Shown: positions 58,244-64,000 of the stretch, piece after piece
Position numbering within the stretch: position 1 is the stretch's first letter
Layout: every line of letters begins with the position of its first letter
Origin: Candidatus Bathyarchaeota archaeon
GTDB lineage: Archaea > Thermoproteota > Bathyarchaeia > 40CM-2-53-6 > DTDX01
Assembly: GCA_018396775.1 (NCBI GenBank)
Contig: JAGTRF010000006.1
Coordinates: 17,368-81,367 of the forward strand
Direction of reading: 5' to 3'
DNA: 64,000 nt
Position numbers and translations under genes: made by a program
Notes under the pieces: generated by a model
The model's database searches: none
Told to the model about the DNA's origin: nothing
Seen by the model: the letters and a program-made list of their open reading frames with translations, nothing else

Positions 58244-60133
58244 TTGGTTGAATTTCCTGGATATAATGGAAAAATTTTACGCGTAAACTTAAGCGAAGAA
58301 AAAATAACAACTCAAGAGTTAACTCCTGAAATGGCTAAAATGTGGGTTGGTGGAGTGGGATTAGCGGCTAAGATAATTTATGATGAGGTCTCTGCTGGAG
58401 CTGATCCTCTAGGTCCTGAAAATGTTTTTGTTTTTGCTGTTGGACCATATCAAGCTACAACTATTCCTGGAAGCGGAAGATTTGCTGTATGCGCGAAATC
58501 TCCATTAACTGGAATATGGGGGGAATCTTTAGGAGGTGGATACAATGCTCATGAGCTTAAGCAAGCTGGGTTTGACGCTATTGTTGTAACTGGGAAAGCT
58601 GATAAACCTGTTTACCTTTGGATTCATGATGGGAAAGCTGAGTTGAAAGATGCTTCTCATTTATGGGGTAAAAAAGATGCTTATGAAACTGAAACTGAAA
58701 TTAAAAAAGAGTTAAAAGATGAGAAAATTCAAGTGGCTCCTATAGGTGCTGGCGCTGAAAACTTAGTTAGATACGCTGGTTTAATTTGCAATTATGGGCA
58801 TGGCTGTGCTGGTAGAACAGGAATGGGCGCAGTTATAGGATCTAAAAAACTGAAAGCAATAGCTTTCCGTGGCACTAGAAAGATTAAAGTCGCGAAGCCG
58901 GATCTTTTAAATGAATATTTAAAGGAGCTTTTACCAATAATAAATAAAGCTGAATTCACTAAATTAAATAGAGATTATGGACAACCAATGGCTATAATTC
59001 CTAGAGAAGAGAACGGTCTTTTACCAATAAAGAATTTTGCTCAAGGCCGATGGAGGGATGGAGCCATTAAAATAGGCGCTCCTGTAGGAGGACCTGGAGA
59101 ATACAATGAAGTTTTAAAGCCTAAACCTGAAACATGCTCTTATTGCGTAATGGGTTGCCATAGAAGAGTGAAAATAGATTACCCAGAAAAATATGCTATG
59201 GATAGTTATGGACCGGAGTATGAAACTTTAGCGATGATTGGGTCAGACTGCTTAATTGATAATTTATTAGCCATAAATAAGGCTAATGAGCTTTGCAATA
59301 GATGGAGCATAGATACAATAGAATTTGGTGGAGTATGCGCCTTCGCGATGGAAGCTTATGAAAAAGGATATATAACAAAAGAGGATTTAGGTGGAATAGA
59401 ACTTAAATGGGGAGACGGCGACGCTATGATAGCTTTGCTTGAAAAAATTGTTAAAAGAGAAGGTAAAGTTCCTCGATTATTAGGTGAAGGCTTAAAAACG
59501 GCTGGAGAAGCTTTAGGATGCCCAGATATAGCGTTGCATGTTAACGGTGCTGCTGTTCCAGCTCATGATCCTAGAGCATTCTTCTCTATGGCTGTGGAAA
59601 CCGCAACATCCACAAGAGGTGCATGCCATCTTCATGGATTCCCAGAGGCTATAGAGCTTGGTGTTCCGTTTCCTGAAGCTGGACCAGAATTAAGCCAACC
59701 ATTAGATAGATTCGCGAAAGAATATAAAGGGTTAGCTCAAGCTAAATATCAAGATAGACAAGCTGTAAACAATTCTCTTGTATGGTGCTTCTTCTATGAA
59801 TTTTCAGGCGTAACCTTCACTTGGACAACTAAGCTTTTAAATGCAACAACCGGTTGGGATTTAACTCCTCAAGAACTGCTTAAAATTGGTGAAAGAATAA
59901 TAAATCTGCAGCGAATGTTTAATCTAAAGCATGGGCTTAAACCAGAAAGAGATGATTGGCTTCCTAAACGATTCTTTGAACCGAGAACAGAGGGAGGCGC
60001 TGCTGGTAAAGTCCCGCCATTAAGAGAAATGTTAGATGAATATTATAAAGTCAAAAACTGGCCTAATGGTATACCTAGCAAAGAAAAACTTAAAGAGTTA
60101 GGCTTAGAGTTTGCGATAAAAGATTTATCCTAA
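58244..60133 (+). CDS. aor: Tungsten-containing aldehyde:ferredoxin oxidoreductase (AOR family)
   Basis: AOR N-domain (KILRVNLSEEKITTQELTPE...GGVGLAAKIIYDEV), 4Fe-4S Cys ligands, 629 aa. Confidence 0.8.
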   Translation: MVEFPGYNGKILRVNLSEEKITTQELTPEMAKMWVGGVGLAAKIIYDEVSAGADPLGPENVFVFAVGPYQATTIPGSGRFAVCAKSPLTGIWGESLGGGYNAHELKQAGFDAIVVTGKADKPVYLWIHDGKAELKDASHLWGKKDAYETETEIKKELKDEKIQVAPIGAGAENLVRYAGLICNYGHGCAGRTGMGAVIGSKKLKAIAFRGTRKIKVAKPDLLNEYLKELLPIINKAEFTKLNRDYGQPMAIIPREENGLLPIKNFAQGRWRDGAIKIGAPVGGPGEYNEVLKPKPETCSYCVMGCHRRVKIDYPEKYAMDSYGPEYETLAMIGSDCLIDNLLAINKANELCNRWSIDTIEFGGVCAFAMEAYEKGYITKEDLGGIELKWGDGDAMIALLEKIVKREGKVPRLLGEGLKTAGEALGCPDIALHVNGAAVPAHDPRAFFSMAVETATSTRGACHLHGFPEAIELGVPFPEAGPELSQPLDRFAKEYKGLAQAKYQDRQAVNNSLVWCFFYEFSGVTFTWTTKLLNATTGWDLTPQELLKIGERIINLQRMFNLKHGLKPERDDWLPKRFFEPRTEGGAAGKVPPLREMLDEYYKVKNWPNGIPSKEKLKELGLEFAIKDLS

Positions 60134-60161
60134 ATAAAAAACATTTTTTATTTTTTTTAAT

Positions 60162-60587
60162 CTATTTTTTAGTTTTCTCTTCTATTTCTTTCTTTACCCA
60201 ATCCGCTAGTTTTTCCCCATGAATTAATTGCGATAACTCTTCTTCAAGCTTTTCAGTAGGCTCCACCTTTATAAACCATGCATTATAAGGTTCTTGATTT
60301 ACAAGCTTTGGATTAACTCTAAGAGAGGCATTTACATCTTTTACAACACCGCTTATAGGAGCTTTTAATCTTTCAACCCATTTAACAGATTCAACTGTGC
60401 CAAATTCTTTACCAGCCTCTAAAACTGCTCCCTTTTTTGGAAGCCTTAAAAACATAACTTTACCTATAAGCTTTTGAGCTAAATCGTTAAAACCTATAGC
60501 TATACTTCCATCGCTTTCCTTCTTTACCCAAAGATGTCTATCCGTATAATAAAGATCATCTGGGAAATCATATTCTTTATACTTCAT
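60162..60587 (-). CDS. gcvH: Glycine cleavage system H-like lipoyl-carrier protein
   Basis: Lipoyl-lysine motif region GTVESVKWVERL; ~141 aa. Confidence 0.6.
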   Translation of the reverse strand: MKYKEYDFPDDLYYTDRHLWVKKESDGSIAIGFNDLAQKLIGKVMFLRLPKKGAVLEAGKEFGTVESVKWVERLKAPISGVVKDVNASLRVNPKLVNQEPYNAWFIKVEPTEKLEEELSQLIHGEKLADWVKKEIEEKTKK

Positions 60588-60828
60588 TTTTTCAACCTCG
60601 CATTAAATTTTTTATAACCTTACTATTTTCCTTTTTTACATTATAAAGTTTATCTTTAGAAAATTTAACGGTATAGAATATTATCTGCAAATTAAAGCTA
60701 TGGAATAAGATATATGATGTAAAATTTATTTATTATAAATATTAAATCTTTAAGTTTAAATAGAAGGTATTTTAAAATAATAATCTTCCATTCGCTTACA
60801 TTAAGCGGCGAAGCTTGGTGGTGTTACG

Positions 60829-61134
60829 ATGGCTTTTAAAAAGGAAAAGTTACCCTTAGTTTTCGTTATTTCAGTTTTAGTTGCCTCTATGGTGCTTATT
60901 GCTACGGTAGCTAAAGAGCTTACCGAGCTATTCTTTTATGCAGAGCTAATTTCCATAGCCACTATATATATGTTGCTTTCTATAATAATCCCTACTTTAT
61001 ACCCGAAAAAGATAAAGCCTGAATCTATTTTCTTTGGAGGCGCTGCGAAGCCACCTTATATTTATCCTGAAGAAGTTTACTCGCCGCCTCTCCCCTTGCT
61101 TGAAGAAAAGGTGAAAGAGGAGGAAACGTTTTGA
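60829..61134 (+). CDS. Small membrane protein, possibly a small subunit of the downstream Mrp/Mbh-like complex
   Basis: 2-3 TM helices; 4-nt overlap with the next gene. Confidence 0.3.
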   Translation: MAFKKEKLPLVFVISVLVASMVLIATVAKELTELFFYAELISIATIYMLLSIIIPTLYPKKIKPESIFFGGAAKPPYIYPEEVYSPPLPLLEEKVKEEETF

Positions 61135-62594
61135 ATCAAATAGCTTTAATGCCATTAGCGTTACCTATTTTTGGAGCTATATTAACTCCTATTGGAGTTT
61201 TCTCAAGAAAATTGAGAAATATAGCGCTTACCTCTATTCTATTGCTATCGCTTGCTTTAAACTCTTATTTATTAGCTTCTTCTTTTAACACTAATGCTCG
61301 TATTGAAATCGGTATAATAACAGTAGATTCTGTAAGTTTTTTAATTTCAGAGATGATTTTATTTTTAGCTATTTTAGTGGCGGTATACTCAGCAAGTTAT
61401 ATGAGGGAAAAACCCCTTGAAAATCTTTACTTTGCTTTATTAATGCTTTTCTTTGGGGCTATGATAGGATTAACCATGAGCTTTAACCTAGTTATATTGT
61501 TTGCATTTTTAGAGGCTTCTACAGCTTCTAGCGCTTTATTAATTCTTTTCAGTAGAACTAGAGCAGCGCTTAAGGCTGCATGCGTTTATATAGCATTAAG
61601 CATAGTTGGAGCGCTTTTAATCTTAATAGCAATATTTGAATTGCAATCTATCGCTGGCACTGTAAATCTTTTGAATCCTAAGCTTACTAGCTTAAGCTCG
61701 GCAGTAAAAGTGAATTTATGTACTCTTCTTCTTTTAGGCTTTGGAATAAAATCAGGTTTAGTGCCATTTGGTTTAGCTTGGCTTCCTCAAGCTCATTCTG
61801 AAGCCCCAACCCCTATAAGCGTTACTCTTTCCGGTATTTTAGTTCAAGCTGTTGTCTTCACGTTAATAAGGTCTGTAAGCTTATTAGGTTTTTATGAACC
61901 AATAATCGCATATCTTTTAATAGGATTTGGAGTTTGTTCAGCTGTAATAGGTGTAATTTTTGCTTTTCTAGAAATCCGTGGAGTTAAAATTTTTATGCTA
62001 AGTTTTAGAAGAGATTTAAAAAGAATTTTAGCATTTTCAACCATAAGTGAAATAGGAATTATAGTTTTTATAGCTGGCGTAGCTCCTTTATATCACGCAG
62101 TCTCAATTTTGAATATATCACTCATTCATATAATTGATCATGGATTAGCTAAAAGCCTCCTCTTCTTTTCAGCTGGCAATATAGTTTTTCTCCTTAAAAC
62201 AAGAGATCTTGCGCATATGGGTGGATTAGCTCGCATAACACCTGCTACAGCTTTCTCTTTTTTAGTAGGAGCTTTAAGCTTAAGCATGGTGCCGCCATTT
62301 TTAGGCTTTCGCACAATCTTTGAGGCTTTTCACATGCTTAATCTTAATGCAACTATAACTCTTCTTTTAATAGCTTTAGGAACAATCCTTTTTTACGGCA
62401 TAACTTTTCATAAAGCCTTTTTAGAGGGGCGACGGGAGAAGTCTTTAAAGCTTCCAAGTTTAATGACCGTATCAACAATGATTTGTTGCTTTATTCTTTT
62501 AATTATCTCAATTTTTTCATTTATGGGGTTTATCGACCCTATAATGGAGAGCCTTTCTAAAAGCTTTTTAAATATAAATAGCTTGAAGGTTTAA
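61131..62594 (+). CDS. Proton/sodium-translocating antiporter-like membrane subunit (NuoL/M/N - MrpD - HyfB/MbhH family)
   Basis: 14 TM, ~487 aa, conserved antiporter-like core (GLVPFGLAWLPQAHSEAP). TTG start. Confidence 0.65.
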   Translation: MNQIALMPLALPIFGAILTPIGVFSRKLRNIALTSILLLSLALNSYLLASSFNTNARIEIGIITVDSVSFLISEMILFLAILVAVYSASYMREKPLENLYFALLMLFFGAMIGLTMSFNLVILFAFLEASTASSALLILFSRTRAALKAACVYIALSIVGALLILIAIFELQSIAGTVNLLNPKLTSLSSAVKVNLCTLLLLGFGIKSGLVPFGLAWLPQAHSEAPTPISVTLSGILVQAVVFTLIRSVSLLGFYEPIIAYLLIGFGVCSAVIGVIFAFLEIRGVKIFMLSFRRDLKRILAFSTISEIGIIVFIAGVAPLYHAVSILNISLIHIIDHGLAKSLLFFSAGNIVFLLKTRDLAHMGGLARITPATAFSFLVGALSLSMVPPFLGFRTIFEAFHMLNLNATITLLLIALGTILFYGITFHKAFLEGRREKSLKLPSLMTVSTMICCFILLIISIFSFMGFIDPIMESLSKSFLNINSLKV

Positions 62595-62599
62595 GGTTT

Positions 62600-64000
62600 A
62601 TGAATTTAATTAATGAAGTTGAAGCTAATTTAGAAAAACTTTTAGGAGCAGACTTATTAGCTAAACATGAAAAAGACAAGCGTAGAGTTTATATAAGAAC
62701 CTCTAAAAACCGCGTTAAAGATGTTGCTAATTACTTTAAATCAATTCAAGCTAGGTTAGCGCATATTTCAGTTATAGATTTAGGTTTAGATGGCTTCGAT
62801 GTGATTTATCATTATGCTTTAGATCATTTAGAACAGCAGCTTCATTTTAACATTAAAGTTAATGTTTCACGAGAAGAATCTGAATTGCCATCAGTAACAT
62901 CTGAAACTATGGAAGCATTATGGCCAGAAAGGGAAATGATGGATTTAATGCCAGTAAAATTTTCTGGAAATCCTATAAAAAAACATCTTTGGTTACCTTA
63001 TGAGTGGCCTAAGCCTGTAGAAAGCGAAAATGTTGAAAAAGATGAGCAAGAAAATTGGGTTTCTCTTCCAACTCAATCTAGAGAAATAGATGGATCAACA
63101 ATTTTAGTTGGACCATACCATCCGCTTCTTCTTGAAAGTTGTTATTTCAGATTTAAAGTTGATGGAGAAGAAATTTTAGATGCAGAAATTAAAGTTGGAT
63201 GGAACCATAGAGGAATTATGAAGCTTTTTGAAGATAAAAGCTTTCAAAGAGGCATATTTATTTCAGAAAGAATTTGCGGCATATGTTCCATAGCTCATAC
63301 AACTGCTTATTGTAATGCTATGGAAAATCTTTGGAATTTAGAAATTCCTGATAGAGCTAAGTATATTAGAACCTTTATGGATGAGTTAGAGCGAATTCAC
63401 AGCCATCTTTTATGGTTAGCTGTAGCTGGAGATCTTATAGGGTTTGAAACACTTTTCATGCTAGCCTTAAAAACAAGAGAAAAAATTATGGATGTTTTTG
63501 AAAGATTAACTGGTCATAGAAGAAATACTGCTTGCAACTTGATAGGTGGAGTTAGAGTTGATCCAACTTTGGAGTTGCTTCAAAAAACAGAAAGAGAACT
63601 TCAAGAAGTTAAAAAAGAAGTGAAGCTTTTAATGTCGATGGTTCAAGACCATAAAGTAGCTCAAAAAAGAATGGAGAATATAGGGCTTCTTCCACTTCAA
63701 ATAGCTAAAGATGTGGGAGCTGTTGGACCTACTGCAAGAGGAAGCGGTTATAAAGTGGATTCAAGATGGTCAGATCCTTTTGCAGCTTATAGCTCAGAAT
63801 ATACAACTTGGGATGTTGTTTTAGAAGAGGGGAAGGATTGCTGGGCTAGAACTATGGTTAGGCTAAAAGAGCTTCTTGTTTCATTAGACATTTCTTTTCA
63901 ATGTATTGAAGCTTTAAAAAAGGTTAAGGGACCTATAGTAGAAAAGCTTGGAAAACCACCAGAAGGGGAATCTATAGGAAAAAATGAAGCCCCAAGAGGA
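62600..64000 (+). CDS. Group-4 membrane-bound [NiFe]-hydrogenase large subunit fused to NuoC-like domain (HycE/HyfG/MbhL-like); 3' end beyond window
   Basis: N-terminal NuoC-like ~150 aa, then RICGICSIAH (the RxCGxCxxxH Ni-Fe ligand motif) in a NuoD-like body. Runs off the window end. Absent from the ORF track because there is no stop. Confidence 0.65.
   Translation, partial: MNLINEVEANLEKLLGADLLAKHEKDKRRVYIRTSKNRVKDVANYFKSIQARLAHISVIDLGLDGFDVIYHYALDHLEQQLHFNIKVNVSREESELPSVTSETMEALWPEREMMDLMPVKFSGNPIKKHLWLPYEWPKPVESENVEKDEQENWVSLPTQSREIDGSTILVGPYHPLLLESCYFRFKVDGEEILDAEIKVGWNHRGIMKLFEDKSFQRGIFISERICGICSIAHTTAYCNAMENLWNLEIPDRAKYIRTFMDELERIHSHLLWLAVAGDLIGFETLFMLALKTREKIMDVFERLTGHRRNTACNLIGGVRVDPTLELLQKTERELQEVKKEVKLLMSMVQDHKVAQKRMENIGLLPLQIAKDVGAVGPTARGSGYKVDSRWSDPFAAYSSEYTTWDVVLEEGKDCWARTMVRLKELLVSLDISFQCIEALKKVKGPIVEKLGKPPEGESIGKNEAPRG

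Overview
The window is a 64-kb chromosomal segment from an AT-rich archaeon (about one third GC by eye), with dense coding on both strands and frequent TTG/GTG starts. Housekeeping genes include tatA, pcm, fen-1, a class II ribonucleotide reductase interrupted by a 307-aa LAGLIDADG intein, aEF-1beta, Cdc48, a geranylgeranyl reductase, AspRS, an L40e gene missing from the ORF track, NAC, enolase and tRNA-Val(CAC). The ribosomal-protein cluster is unusually reduced: L3-L4-L23-L24-S4e-S8-L18, followed by S19e. A cobalamin nucleotide-loop/salvage cluster (cbiB-cobT-cbiZ-like-cobS-cobY) sits divergent to a BtuF/C/D-like ABC transporter operon. That operon also carries a hypothetical gene, a radical SAM gene and an ATPase with an extra C-terminal domain. 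Also present: two operon-linked PP-loop ATPases (Dph6-like plus AsnB-like), a sugar-type MFS/ADP-dependent kinase module, an AmmeMemoRadiSam-type radical SAM gene, a lipoate-protein ligase and amino-acid metabolism genes. The window also holds two paralogous APC transporters sharing a 128-bp near-identical 5' region, a MoaD-like protein, a tungsten-type aldehyde:ferredoxin oxidoreductase and a GcvH-like protein. It ends with the start of a group-4 membrane-bound [NiFe]-hydrogenase-like cluster. The most unusual loci are five. First, a ~1.25-kb low-coding island (31.3-32.5 kb) with an 11-bp tandem repeat array, a G5C6TC6 tract and two translationally coupled small ORFs. Second, a higher-GC ~300-bp stretch downstream of tRNA-Val with an integrase-N-terminal-like ORF fragment. 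Third, a geranylgeranyl-reductase pseudogene. Fourth, an apparent homopolymer frameshift at the 5' end of the Dph6-like gene. Fifth, the atypical B12-transporter operon. All protein calls rest on motif recognition by eye; no database search was possible.
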